The notes beneath the pieces were generated by a model, which had not been told where the DNA came from, ran no database searches, and worked only from the letters and a program-made list of their open reading frames with translations. 64,000 bases of DNA from Chrysomallon squamiferum (lineage: Eukaryota; Animalia; Mollusca): contig CM022670.1 of assembly GCA_012295275.1 (NCBI GenBank), positions 17,236,001 to 17,300,000 of the forward strand, given 5' to 3'. The translations under genes and the position numbers were made by a program. Shown piece by piece: positions 26,064 to 40,388 of the stretch (positions within the stretch are counted from its first letter, which is position 1; every line of letters begins with the position of its first letter).

Positions 26064-26789
26064 GATCTAACACAACACACTGCTCCACAGTCACCAACCT
26101 CCACAACTGTTGTATCACATCAACTGGTTTTTTTTTTTCACCAATTTGTTATTACAGCATGTTACCTCCTACATTTATCTCTCACTCTCGCTGATGGTTT
26201 TATTAGCTCATTCTGCTGATTACTCCATTATTTCATGCCTGAATTAAGAGAATTTTTCAAATTTTTCTGCCACAAACTCTTAAAGCTGCAGAGGTAATTT
26301 TATGGTCTGCTTTTTCATTAATATTGTATATCGACAATTCCGCATTTTGTAATAAAAACTGTACACACTGTTTTTCTGCTATAAATAATTCCTTTCAAAT
26401 TCATTACCATATGAATCATAAACGCGGACTTACACAATAAAAGAGGACCGGAATGCTGGGGATGGTTGTTCAACATGCAATCTATCCCCGCAATCTGCTA
26501 ACTTTCTCCATCAATAAATAACACACCATGTGAGAAGCCATGCTAGCCTGACAGAGCCATCCCCAATTCCAGAGTAACTCGAGCAAGATGTTTTCTCAAC
26601 TGCATGTTGAAAAATTTTCATTAAAACCTGGAAGATTTATACACTGGTCAGTTGACTTTACTTTCAACACTCAGCCAGACACTGATCACCAATTGCTTTT
26701 ATCACCTGCAGGTTTTCTCAAATACTAGAGAGAGTGGCTCCAGTCTCACCCCTCAGTCTTAGACCAGTAGATCAAATCTTTGAAATCTC

Positions 26790-26873
26790 TCACACACACC
26801 TCTCTTTCCATTTCTCTCTCTCTATCTCTCTGTCTCTCTCTCTCTCGCTCTCTCTCTCTCTATCTCTCTTTCC

Positions 26874-26921
<48 letters not shown>

Positions 26922-27110
26922 GACTCTCTCCATCTCTCTCTCCATCTCTCTCTCTCTCTCTCTCTCTTTCACACACACACACAACACACTGTCACACACA
27001 GACATACATGTATATATTTATACACTCACATACATACACTTACATATTCACAGACATACACTTACATTATCACACATACAGTCACACAAATATATACATA
27101 CACTCATAAA
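26790..27110. repeat. (CT)n followed by (CA)n/(CATA)n microsatellite
   Basis: Read directly from the sequence. Confidence 0.93.
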
Positions 27111-29589
27111 GAGTGAGAGAGAAACAGTATTAAACAAATAATTAATTTTTTCTCTTCTTTTTTTTTTTTTTTAAAGGATATTACAAATCCAAACTCTTTG
27201 TAAACCATACTGACAACAGAATAAAAAAGAAAAAGTTAAAATATTGATGAGTTAAAACTCTCAGAACATATTACTAGTTGCTGATATTATTCTGACTTCC
27301 AACATTTAAATGTTACGACATCTTCGGAATAAAATTCTAAAATCATAAAAAGGGTAAATATTTCTGTATATCTGAATATTCACAGAGGAATTCAGATAAT
27401 AGCATAATGCCTGTGTTTAATGGAACCAGAGTCAAACTTTTATCAATGGGCACTATATATAGAGTTTCCGATGGAGAGTTTATTGAATCTAGATGGCTGC
27501 AGTATCAGTGAAGTGAGATGAGAAAGGCAATCTATAAAGTTAATATCACAGCTGGTGCCATCGTCTGAAGTCAAAGCTTAAAAACAAAGAGTATTTATCA
27601 TTCCTTTACTTAATGTAAGTCAAACTGTGAGCAAATGTGAGACCATCAGCAAAGATTTACAACTAAACAAATTAGACTTTTCAAAATTACTTAATGATGA
27701 ATCTGCTGGTAAAACTTAATTATTTTGTTTTGGTAGTTTTCTTGTTTGTTTATTTATTCTATTAATTATTATTATTTTTCTTTTTTGTTATTTTCTGTTT
27801 TGGTTGTTTTTTTTTTTTTTTTTTTTTTGCAGATATTAATATTTTGTTTGTCTACTTCTTTCCTGCCTTTCTAACAGTATGAAAAAAACAGCTGTAATAA
27901 AATATCAAAAGACTTTTTAAATTAAAAAAAACCTTTCTTTTAAGAAATCATGCTGATAATATGTATTACTTTATGTATGGACATCTTTGTTTTAAATCAC
28001 AAAAAAAAAAAAAAAAAAAAAAAAAAGACTAGGATCCTAATTACTCCTTCAGCAAACATCAAATAATCAATTCCTTCAATCTGGAAAAGTCAACCTCTTC
28101 TGCTTTCCCATCTGTGATCTCTCTGGCCGGCCATTTTGTAGTTGACATTCTCTGGTAGCACAGTGACAGAGAAGATGTGATCCATAAACACCAAAGGAAG
28201 ATCTACGAATCCTCCATTGATTGAATCTGGTTTACTGGAGTGTAGATATTTGTGATGCTATTCACATCATTTCCCTAAACGGTATAAAATAAATAACACA
28301 TGATGCAGCTCCAGTGAAGAAAATGCTAAGTATTGTGTTGATGGGTATAAATATGAGTGCCAGTTATTTCTGAAATTTGTGGGTTTTAGACATTTTTCTA
28401 CATTGTTTGACAAGGCATTAATATGAATATGAGTACAAAGACAGACTTGTAGAAGACTGCCAAACATTCTTTGTAGTCAGCTGAAAATATCTGAGAAATA
28501 ATTTTTGATTTTTCATCAGAAGAATGATTCAATGTATAAAGAAAGATTTGGTAGCCGGTTTAGAGAAATAACAGAGTATTTTATGAAGTATGTACATATT
28601 TTAATAAAATTAAAACACAACAGAAATATGCTTTATTCAGAGATTATTTACGAAAAGTAACAATCATTGAGAAAAAAAGTGTTTTATAACACATAATTTT
28701 AATAACAATTTTAATAAACTAGAAAATTTAATAAATTTGCAGATTGATTTTTAGCATTATATAAAAGACAAATTTAGTGAATGCTTGATTATAAAAAAAA
28801 ATTAACAAAATTTAACAAATTAAAAATTACTGAAAAATCTATCTCAAATTATTTTAAAATTAATTTGAGCCAAGTGACTCATTCTTACAACTTTTTATTT
28901 TTATTTTAATATTGATTTTTTTATTATGATTTTTTATTTTTTTTATTAAAACTATTTATTTTATTTTATTTATTTATTTTTTCTTTGTTACACTGTCACA
29001 GTATCTGTTCCTAACTCTTAATCCATTTATTTATAAAACAAAACTCAGTGGATCAGAGCTGTCATCAGAAAGCAGTCAGCTGAAAGAAAATCTTGATTTA
29101 TGGACCAACCTGGCTCAAACGTGGGAGAGATACTTTGCGTTAAACAATACCCTTACACACCATTCTTTTCAAACTGTTCTCACACAAAACATTTCACCAC
29201 TGCTGACATGCTAAACGAATGGGCAGACATATCACTGCTTGGACAAAGTCTGTGCAGACGTTTCATATAACTCCGCATATCACACCAGACCAGTTCACTT
29301 GATTTAGAAATTTCATTGTTTAGACAAACTCTGATACATGTAACTGATTTATGCACATTAATTAAAGCATTGACAGATCTATTAATCATCATATGCATGT
29401 TCCATACTGCCAGTACATTTTGTGTGTTAACAATAAAATTTGCAAAATTAATTGTATTTGTTTGTTCTCTTTGTATAAAGAGCTGCCCAAAGGTATATGG
29501 ATGATATGATTAACACAGTCAAGTGAACAGAAACTTCACAGATTTTTATAAAAGTAAAACAATGATGAAAGAATGTTCACAAGCACTGA

Positions 29590-29599
29590 ATGTGTGTGC

Positions 29600-29630
<31 letters not shown>

Positions 29631-29945
29631 CGTGACAATATAATTAATTCACAGCTGTATGATACGTGTCTGTAGGTGTAAATAAACATGTGTGTTAAAG
29701 TATGTGAGTTTGTGTGTGTGTTTATATGTGTGCATGCATGTGTATATGCTTGTGGATGTATATGTGTGTGTGTCCATGTGTATGTATGCATATGTGTGTA
29801 TGTGTGTGTGTGCAAGTGTGCATGTATATATGCATGCATGCATAGTGTGTACATGTATAGGTGCATATGCATATCCCTATGTATGTACATGTATATATGT
29901 CTGTATGTATAGGTGTATATATGGATGTGTATATTTTTGTGTTTG
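29590..29945. repeat. (TG)n/(TATG)n degenerate microsatellite
   Basis: Read directly from the sequence; it is the source of several spurious ORFs. Confidence 0.9.
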
Positions 29946-32900
29946 TACATAAGTGTACAGTCTGCATAATGATTAAAAAAGAAAAGAAAATACTAGATTA
30001 CTAATTGATCAGTAGATACTGTTTGTTGATCATTAACTTTAATACTTATCAAAATAAATATTAAAAATTTTAAGAAAATCTTCTACCATACCAGTTTACA
30101 GTAATGCTACTTTTTTTTTCAAATCTTCATTACAAGTACCCAAAATAATTCATATTCATTGTACTTATAGAAAAACACAAAAGTCCAAATATATTTTTAT
30201 AAATTATAACGCTATTTTTAAGATCTTCTTTACAATTACCCAATTATATTTTTCATATTTTCAAGAAACATAACAATCCAAATATATATTCTTACGAGCA
30301 ATTATAAACAGCACAAAAGAACCAGTGCCGTTTTTCAGATCTTCGTTACAAGTGCCCATCATAATTCATATTATTTGTACATATAGGAAACAAAACAGAC
30401 GAAAATATATTTTTGGGAGCAAATTACAAAGAGTACAAAGGAGCCATGTCCTCCAGTCACAATGTTCTTTGTAGCATGCTGAAGCTACAAAAGCTGACAG
30501 CCAGCGTTAATGACAATGTATTTTGTATTACCAGTCTAACTGCAGGTTTTTTTGTCTCTGAGAAATATTCTCTCCTCTGTTTAGTCAGTCAGTCAGTCAT
30601 CGACTGAACTCCTTTATCATGGCCAAGCCAGCTAAGTCCAGAGAGAAGAGGCTGAGAGAAAACTGTGACCTTCATCAGAGATAATTAGAAGATGGTCCAG
30701 CATTTCCTGAAGAGACAAACTAATCACAGTCAAATTAAACTGACCATCCACTAGTCCCAGATGACCAAGTAATTAAATCCAGCATTGTCACGGGATTACC
30801 TTTTGGCTCATGGTTAAATCACCAAGCAATAACAAACCTGCTCCGAGGATGAAAGTCTATGTTCTTCATGAATTTATATTATGATTAATACTTTTAATCT
30901 CCCCGATATAAGCTCTGAGAAAGTTTTATGACCACTGGTACGACACAAAGAAAGCTGTTTCATAGACAACTCTGACTGTATGTTGTTGGTAATATTTAAA
31001 ACAGGAATACGATGTTTTTGCTTTATAAATCAGTTTTAATGGTTAATGAAATATATTGATTTTTGTGAATATATCATAAACATCAGTTTTGAAATATCTG
31101 TATGATAATATATCACTAAATGAATAAGCTAAAAAGTTGGAAATATTAAAAAATATGTATATATATTGCATTATTTCTAAACAAACTGACAATAAATATT
31201 TTAACCAAATAATTAAAAAAATTATCTATTTTTATTAGCCTGAACTTATCAATAAACATGGTTTTTTTTTTTTTTTTAATTTATAAAATATGTTGTTTTG
31301 CCGAAACAGGTGGTTGATTCTTTTTGTAACCACTGATATATTTTGTGTTTATTTATCATTTCTTTAATAATATTAAAAGAAGGAGGAAAAAAACCTCCCA
31401 AAACTGCAAAATATATCATTTCAGCAGAGTTTTACTTTAACCTATGAAATCTAACAAAATGTGACACGCAGAGATTTTGTCCAGTTTGATGAGAGAGATA
31501 GAACTGGAGGCCACCTTGGTTGAAAAATGGTTTATCACAGAACTGCTAGCCACAACTGATAGCAAAACATGGATAACAAAGATTATCATCAGAGAGAAAT
31601 GTTTTTGCAGACAAATTTAAGAAGATAATAAAGATAAGCCATTCTGGTGTCGGTTCAGTTTACTTTCTGAAGAGGTGTGATAGTTACATCACTACCATTG
31701 CAGTTACTTGGTTTATTATTCAACACTCGCAGACTGGGTTAGTGCACTGCCTTGGAAACAGTTATTATTGTCTTGTGAACATTATTATACAGTACATTCT
31801 AATCTTTAATTTAGATACTGATACATGTTTTAAGCACATACATTTATAAAATAAAGGTTAATGAAACAGTTTAAAGAAACAATGTTAATGTGTCAGAAAA
31901 ACAGTGTTAATGTGTTATAAAGATAGTGTATTAGAAAGAAATTTAAAGTGTTAGAGAAACAGTGTTAGTGTGAAAGAAAAACAATGTTAGTGTATTAGAT
32001 AAAGTGTTAGTATGTTTCTGATTTGAGAAACCAAACAGATTACTCTGTTTACACATAGTTTTCCCTACACATATTTCACAGTTATATTTTAATGATAACT
32101 TCATGAATAAAAAGTGAATAACTGAAAATAATCTATTTTGATGCATATCACTGTTTTAGAGTAAATTTTTATCAACTTCACTTCAAAATATACTAAACTA
32201 TTTGCTTATCCAGTATTAATAATTAAGCAATCTTTTTACAGAAAAAAAACAATTTTGCCACAATTTCTCATGTTATAACTGTATACCAAAGCAGAGTGTG
32301 CGAGATATTTGTTGATAATTTCTGATCAAACCAGTTTTCTGTAGTTGCATAATCACAAAGAAAGCTTTCTTATCTGTGAGATTACAAGTATGTTCACAAT
32401 GCAAAGTGCTATCTTTGATGATGTAACTTGGAGTGGACTGACTGGCTGGATGTTAAAGTAACACAGTATCAATGAAACTGGACTTCTAATTGGAGATAGC
32501 AGCAGATTCTCACCAGAAAGGCTGTTGGCAAGTTAAAATCTGTTCAATACTTTATCAGAAACACAGCAAGACAGTCTGAGGAAACTATCCTCAAACCAGA
32601 AAATATTCTTTTCATATAATATGAACTTCAGCTTGGCTTTGTCTTGTGTAAAACACTTTACAATTTGTCTATGATATTTTCAGAATATTACATATATAAT
32701 TTCTTCTTCTTCCTTTTTTCTTTCTTTTTCTTACTAACATTTCTGGCTTATAATTTACATACAGATTTTGATTCAACAAGTAAATTGTGTTTATTGAACA
32801 ATTTTAACTTAATTTTCTACATGGCCAAATTAAACATCACACAAACACACATATATATTTAAGTATACAAATATTTCACAGATGAGATATTCTTATTTAA

Positions 32901-33915
32901 CAAATTATTAGATAAATATTAAAGAAGAACATGTAAACGAAGGCTTAAAATAAATAACAATTAATTCTAAATAATGATGAAATTATGTACCATTGATACA
33001 TCTTACAAACAAAACAAGAGATTAGAAAAAGTAATAGCTTTATAATCAGTCTTCATTATCTCTATAAAGCTAGATTATCTCAAACCTGCTTATCTTTCCT
33101 GAACTGAGAACACATGATTATCGAGTAAATGATATTTACCTTGAACCTAATTACAATTAACACGGGAGACCTGTAATGAAAAGCAGCTGTGAGAGGAGTG
33201 TGGTAACAGTCTGAAAGAATGTGTGTGGCGAAAGAAACAGGACAATAAATTATTCTGAATGGACAGCAGCGACCAGTGATCTACACACCACACAACTGTT
33301 AATGGACAATGAAAGGCTGGTTGTCCATCATGCCAGGCATTTGACATAACTTGTGAGTGGGTTGGTTTCTCTTTACAGTACAGATCATGAAAGGGTGGAT
33401 CCCGTAGTATTAATGTGAGAATGTAACCAGACATTTCAACAAGTGACACTTTGAGGATTTATCCCATGTTCTGACATGATTGATATAATCAGTCATACTA
33501 CAGTTACCTGTAAACACAGTGAAAAATGAAACGAGATATAAGATTCAACACTTTATCTTGTCAGTTACAAAATAAAGTATTAAATCTATACTTCAGTTCT
33601 TTTTGCCATCGTGTCTACAGAAAAGTTACAAAATCAAGCATTTCTCAAAGAAAAACAGTAATTTTAAGAAGTGACACTAGTGTCACAAACAGTGACAGCT
33701 ACCCTATCAGACACAATCATTTTTTTCTTTATTAGCAGCTCAGTACATACAGCTATGATTATAACAAACAACTCTTTCAGTGATTAATTCTAATTATTAG
33801 AAAATGTTCCAGGCAGTTTGTGTTGATGGTTAGGAGTATTTATTAATGCAAATTGGCAATGATGTAAAACACTGAGATTAGCCAAAATAATAAAACTCAC
33901 TACTGGTGATCTGTG

Positions 33916-35834
33916 CAGTGTAAACAAAGAATACTGTCCCTGTCTGAGTTGTCACCAGCATAAAGAGAGAAGACTCTCAGTATGATCAATGTTCTCACCA
34001 GTGTAAACATTGAACACTGTCACTGTGGTCTGTGTTGTCACCAGTGTAAACAGAGAACACTGTCACTGTGGTCTGTGTTGTCACCAGTGTAAACAGAGAA
34101 CACTGTCACTGTGGTCTGTGTTGTCACCAGTGTAAACAGATAACACTGTCACTGTGGTCTGTGTTGTCACCAGTGTAAACAGAGAACACTGTCACTGTGG
34201 TCTGTGTTGTCACCGGTGTAAACAGAGAACACTGTCACTGTGGTCTGTGTTGTCACCAGTATAAACAGAGAACACTGTCACTGTGGTCTGTGTTGTCACC
34301 AGTGTAAACAGAGAACACTGTCACTGTGGTCTGTGTTGTCACCAGTATAAACATTGAACACTGTCACTGTGGTCTGTGTTGTCACCAGTGTAAACAGAGA
34401 ACACTGTCACTGTGGTCTGTGTTGTCACCAATGTAAACATTGAACACTGTCACTGTGGTCTGTGTTGTCACCAGTGTAGACAGAGAACACTGTCACTGTG
34501 GTCTGTGTTGTCACCAGTGTAGACAGAGTCACCGGTATAGACAGAGAACACTGTCACTGTGGTCTGTGTTGTCACCGGTATAAACAGAGAACACTGTCAC
34601 TGTGGTCTGTGTTGTCACCGGTATACACAGAGAACACTGTCACTGTGGTCTGTGTTGTCACCGGTATAAACAGAGAACACTGTCACTGTGGTCTGTGTTG
34701 TCACCAGTGTAAACATTGAACACTGTCACTGTGGTCTGTGTTGTCACCACAGTAAACAGAGAACACTGTCACTGTGGTCTGTGTTGTCACCGGCATAAAC
34801 AGAGAACACTGTCACTGTAGTCTGTGTTGTCACCAGAGTAAACAGAGAACACTGTCACTGTAAACACCGGTATAAACAGAGAACACTGTCACTGTGGTCT
34901 GTGTTGTGTATAAACAGAGAACACCTGTCAGTGTGGTCTGTGTTGATAAACAGAGAACACTGTCAGTGTGGTCTGTGTTGTCACCGGTATAAACAGAGAA
35001 CACTGTCAGTGTGGTCTGTGTTGTCACCGGTATAAACAGAGAACACTGTCAGTGTGGTCTGTGTTGTCACCGGTATAAACAGAGAACACTGTCAGTGTGG
35101 TCTGTGTTGTCACCGGTATAAACAGAGAACACTGTCACTGTGGTCTGTGTTGTCACCAGAGTAAACATTGAATGCTGTCACTGTGGTCTGTGTTGTCACC
35201 ACAGTAAACAGAGAACACTGTCACTGTGGTCTGTGTTGTCACTGTCACTGTGGTCTGTGTTGTCACCGGCATAAACAGAGAACACTGTCACTGTAGTCTG
35301 TGTTGTCACCAGAGTAAACAGAGAACACTGTCACTGTGGTCTGTGTTGTCACCAGCATAAACAGAAAACACTGTCACTGTGGTCTGTGTTGTCACCAGTA
35401 TAAACAGAGAACACTGTCACTGTGGTCTGTGTTGTCACCAGTATAAACAGAGAACACTGTCACTGTGGTCTGTGTTGTCACCAGTATAAACAGAGAACAC
35501 TGTCACTGTGGTCTGTGTTGTCACCAGCATAAACAGAGAACACTGTCACTGTGGTCTGTGTTGTCACCAGCATAAACAGAAAACGCTGTCACTGTGGTCT
35601 GTGTTGTCACCGGCATAAACAGAGAACACTGTCACTGTGGTCTGTGTTGTCACCGGTATAAACAGAGAACGCTGTCACTGTGGTCTGTGTTGTCACCAGT
35701 GTACACAGAGAACACTGTCACTGTGGTCTGTGTTGTCACCAGTATAAACAGAGAACACTGTCACTGTGGTCTGTGTTGTCACCAGCACAAACAGAAAATG
35801 TTGTCAGTGTAGTCTGTGTTATCACCAGTGTAAA
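33916..35834. repeat. 43-bp minisatellite, ~44 copies (~1.9 kb)
   Basis: Unit AACACTGTCACTGTGGTCTGTGTTGTCACCAGTGTAAACAGAG; CACTGTGGTC recurs at 34021 and 34064. There are degenerate units at both edges and a few truncated units inside. Confidence 0.97.
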
Positions 35835-38257
35835 TGTTTGATGAGAACAGACACATGACTCAGGAAGCTTTTAGCTCAGAAAGAGAAATGTGAAGACGTC
35901 TACAAACAAATCATCATGTTGAACACGCAGGTGACATCTCTCTGATCACACTTAATGAGGCAAGTACAGAGACAAATGAGATAAAACACACAGACAGACA
36001 CTTACTTAATTACTTCATTTGTCACACTGCTAATTTAAACATAGGAAACAAAAGACTAATTTTGTACGTGTGTTGTCTGCAATTTCTGTCCATTTTAAAC
36101 AACAGCAAAAAAATAAAAAATATATGTGTGTGTTTTCTATTCAATACTGAAAATATTTTTATGATGCAAGTATCTTTAACTTCATCATCCATTTTCAAGA
36201 AAGCATAAATACATTCAATATATAAAGACATTTTTTCCTTTCCTCATAAATGACTCGATCAAAATATTGTGGACTTAAGAGAGCAAAAAAATAATTTGAA
36301 TCCTTACAATTTAAAAATATGAACTGAAGTAATAATGAAAACATATTAACTTATTAAAATCTATATTTTAGTAGGTAAAGTCTAAAAACAACATGCATAT
36401 TGAATGAACTAAAACAAAGATGAAAGGATTATTGATGTATGTACAGGAATGACCAACAGAATGAAGAAAGCTTTAAAAGCTTCATTAGCTTTGATTCAAA
36501 GATACAGCTACTCAAGATAATGCACCAAATATCAATAGTACATTATGTTGTAGTCTTTTCTGGAGAAAAAAGAAACAGTAATATTCTATAGGTTATTAGG
36601 TGCTGTGGTGCTCTGATTCTCATGAAAAGGAAATAAACTGAACAACAATTCTGTGTTGAAATACATTCATTGGTCAATAGTTTTGTTTTAAATCTGAGCA
36701 TGACTTAAAGAATAAGAATTCTCAAGTTCATTGACAAATGTTAAATATCTGAACACAAACAAAAAAAAAAAAAAAATGACAAACAGTCTTCTAATGCATG
36801 TTCAGCTTAAATAAGTCAAAATGAAAGCCTAAAGAGATTTATCACAATAATGACATTCATTTATCTTTATTTTTTGTCATTCTTTTCTTTTATTTCTGTT
36901 TTTTATTTTTTATTTTTTTTTTTTTTTTATTCTCTCTCTCTTTTTTTCTTGGTAACTAATTCAGACTAAATTGGTAATTTCTTTCTGAACAGCCCTAAAC
37001 AAATCATTACATCCACAGCTACACAACGATTTTATTGATCAACACACTTTGAGAAGAAGAAGTGATTTTTAAAAATCATTTTTGAAGAGAAAAATCAAAT
37101 GATTAAAATTAATCACTGATGATAATTAAACGACAGGAAATTAAACCAATTTATTGTCAGCATGTTGTTTTTACAGTGTGTCAATTCTCTATCACGTTCT
37201 GGCTATTCACAGAGACATGGAAACTGGTTTTGTGTTCACAAAAACCGTCTTACAGTTTGGCCAAAGCGTGCCAGAGAGAGAGCAGTAACGATTAACATTT
37301 GATCTCATAGACTGGCAACATCAGAATTTAACTGCACAGTGTTGTTCAGCAGATGTTTTGAAAGGAAATGATTCCATGAAATAAACTTGGGCAGTCTCTT
37401 GTGACCAGGATTACAGAGACTCAAAAAAAAAAAGCTCTGTGAAAAGGCTGTTTTTAATTTCATTAATTTGAAAAAAAAAGTATTAAAACCTGTTTCCAGA
37501 GTTACTTCATGGTTTGAAGGCTATGAAAACATTAGAACTTGAAGACTGTTTTTTTTTTGTCAGTGGTGCCTTCTTACAGTTCAGTAATAAATTTATTAAG
37601 AAAGGGCTGAATTAAAAGAGAAGTTTTGTTAATGATACTCTCTCAGTGATCTCACTCAACATAAAAAATAAAAATCAGTTTTTACGTCTGGATTTGGTTT
37701 CTGCTTGAAAACTCTGACTGATTTGAAATAACAAGTTTAATGAATGAGGATGATCTTTTCTTTTTATCAGTGAAGTCATCTGAAATAATGGCTATGAAAA
37801 CATTTGTGTTCATTATTACAATTTTTTCATTTTATTTTTTCTGACAGTTCATTCATCCATTGTATCATTAACATTTTAATCAGGGCTCATGAATTATCAC
37901 AATATTTACTTTGTGATTCAATCACAGATGTATTTTTTCTTTCAACAGTTAGTTTTATTTGCCCTTTCTCTATCAATTCATACTTTTTACAGTTATCCAC
38001 CTATCAATGTCATGCCATGTTGAAATATAAAAATTATTTCAAAAAGTGTTTTAGCAAATTGTAAATCTTTCTCTTTGTTTCTGACAGAATGTATTGGAAG
38101 CTGACATTAATCTGTTGATAATCTGTTGATAATCTGATTATATGATTACAGTGATTACCACAGACTTCAAAACAGTCAATTAGTTAACATTTTATAGAAG
38201 ATTTTAGTAATTTACTGACATTTTTTTGTCTAGTATTTTAAAATGTCAAAATTTTCT

Positions 38258-38301
<44 letters not shown>

Positions 38302-39648
38302 CAAAATTAACAAAACATATGTAAGTTTCTGTTGGAACAAATAATTAATAATATGAATAAAAAAAAAACTTTTTTTCTTTCTTTTTCTGGAACAGTTTTT
38401 AACAAATAGAATTACAAATTACATCAGAAATAATCAAACTTTTGTTGTTTTTTTTTTTTTTTTAAATGTTTTTCTTCGCACAGTTATGAAATACTTGAAA
38501 AAAGATGTGAAAATGGTCGGCTGAGTGTTTTTTAGTTCATAAAACCTGTCTACACAATCTTCTTCAGATTCCTTACAATCAAACCAAGTGAGTGGAACTA
38601 AAGACTAATTTAATAGCACCTGTGCAAACAGGCTGTGTCCAGAAAAGAAATCTCCACTGGACAGTGTTATTTCAACTGTTAATTATGATGTAATTAATTA
38701 CTCATAGGGCTTGGACTTTGTGATCAAATTCCCAGTAGATCATATAGATGCCAGTTAAATTATTAAGCCCAGGTTTACCAAGAGAATCGGACACTCTCTG
38801 TGGGAGACAGAGAGATAGAAAAACACTGACTGGTAAACTAATTTACCACACTGACTAAAGTGACATATTTTATGTCAATTATTTCAATATTTTTACACCC
38901 AGTGACACCTCTAAAGGGAGATAATGAACATTTCTGTACAATTTTGTTATCTTTGTCTCTTATTTTCAAAAGAGTTCACTTGTATTTTAATTTCAACCAA
39001 TCAGTTGTCTTTGTTAATTATATCAGTTTTTGGAGACATTATTGTTTTTCTTTAACAATTATTACAAAATATTTGGGGTTGTTTTTTTTGGCATCTAATA
39101 CAAACAATATTAGAACTAAACAAAATATCAAACCCAAAATAATTTTTATAAATATTTTTAATAATATCGTATTTGTGCTTTAGATTATGATCATGAATAT
39201 TAAAAAAATAACAATATTAGAAATTTTTATTTTTTAAATTGCTGAGTTTTCAAAAACAGATCACTTACTTAAACTAAATTAAGTTGTGGGTAGTGCACTG
39301 TCAAATGAAGTCATGACATTTAAAGAAGATTGCTCAGTGCAGTAACATAATATACAGGGAAACAGAACTGGTTTTATTATTGAATTCGGAGAGAAATAAA
39401 AAGAGTTAAGAAAATTTCTCACTGTCAGCAAACTTGGGGAATAATTCTCTTGAAAATGTATTGATCTCACTGTTCAGATAAATTCATGTTTGAAAGTATG
39501 GTGATGTTCATTTTTTATTTTATTTTAGTATTATTTATATACATTATCTATCTATCTATCTATCTATATTATTATTTTAGTTTTTTTTTTACAAATTTAA
39601 AACTTTATTTTTTTAATTATTTAATGACTTTTTTTCAAATTATTTTTA

Positions 39649-39685
<37 letters not shown>

Positions 39686-40388
39686 TGAATAAATTTTGGA
39701 ACATGACTGAATGCCTTGGGAATATTTCTGGTGCATGTTACATTACTGATAATAAAGAATCCGACACTGTGAAGCAATCAGCAGCTGGTTTCACTGGTGA
39801 AATAAATGATGCATTCACAATAGCATGGGTTAATGAGGTGTTCAACAAAAGGTCAGAGGTCATATTTTTTAGATAAAATGGAAAGAACAGAAAACAGACA
39901 ATATCCTGAATTTTCTTTTAAATGATTTTTTAAAATAATGTTATTTAATTTCAGTTTCATTGATATAAATAAATATGTCTTATATACATAAGATGCATCA
40001 TAATTGTTTGTTATCATGTATCTTAACAAAATAATTTGATAAGCAAAAAGAAAAACAGAAAACAAAAATTGTAATGAAATAAAGTTATTATTTCAACAAA
40101 TATTTAAAAATAAATTTCAAAAAGTTCATAATTAAAAAGTCGATATTTACGGAGACTGTGTAAAAAAAAATCAACAAAAAATTACTTCAGGTATAAATTT
40201 AAACAATCATTTTCAAGTGTTAAAAAACAATAAATACAACTGATTCAAAACTTTCTTGTTCGACGTTGTTTTGAACACCTACGTCAATCAACACGAGCGA
40301 TCTTCCAATTATGTAACACAAACAATAAATCTTAAATTGGAAAATAAGTGAAAACGTCATAAATTAATAAGAGTTGAAAAAAGCTTAC

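Noticed and set aside
33995-35790. RSS heptamer CACAGTG in nearly every unit (minus strand), hinting at V(D)J/Transib-like signals
   Set aside because: There is no ACAAAAACC-like nonamer at 12 or 23 bp spacing, no RAG/Transib ORF and no gene segments. One heptamer was simply amplified with the repeat.
34498-35812. Cys/His/Val-rich ORFs in the array
   Set aside because: They are translations of a 43-bp unit that is not a multiple of 3, so they cycle through frames.
33916-35834. CRISPR-like look (constant block plus variable block)
   Set aside because: The variable parts are only ~13 nt and are near-identical variants rather than unique spacers. The context is eukaryotic and there are no cas genes.
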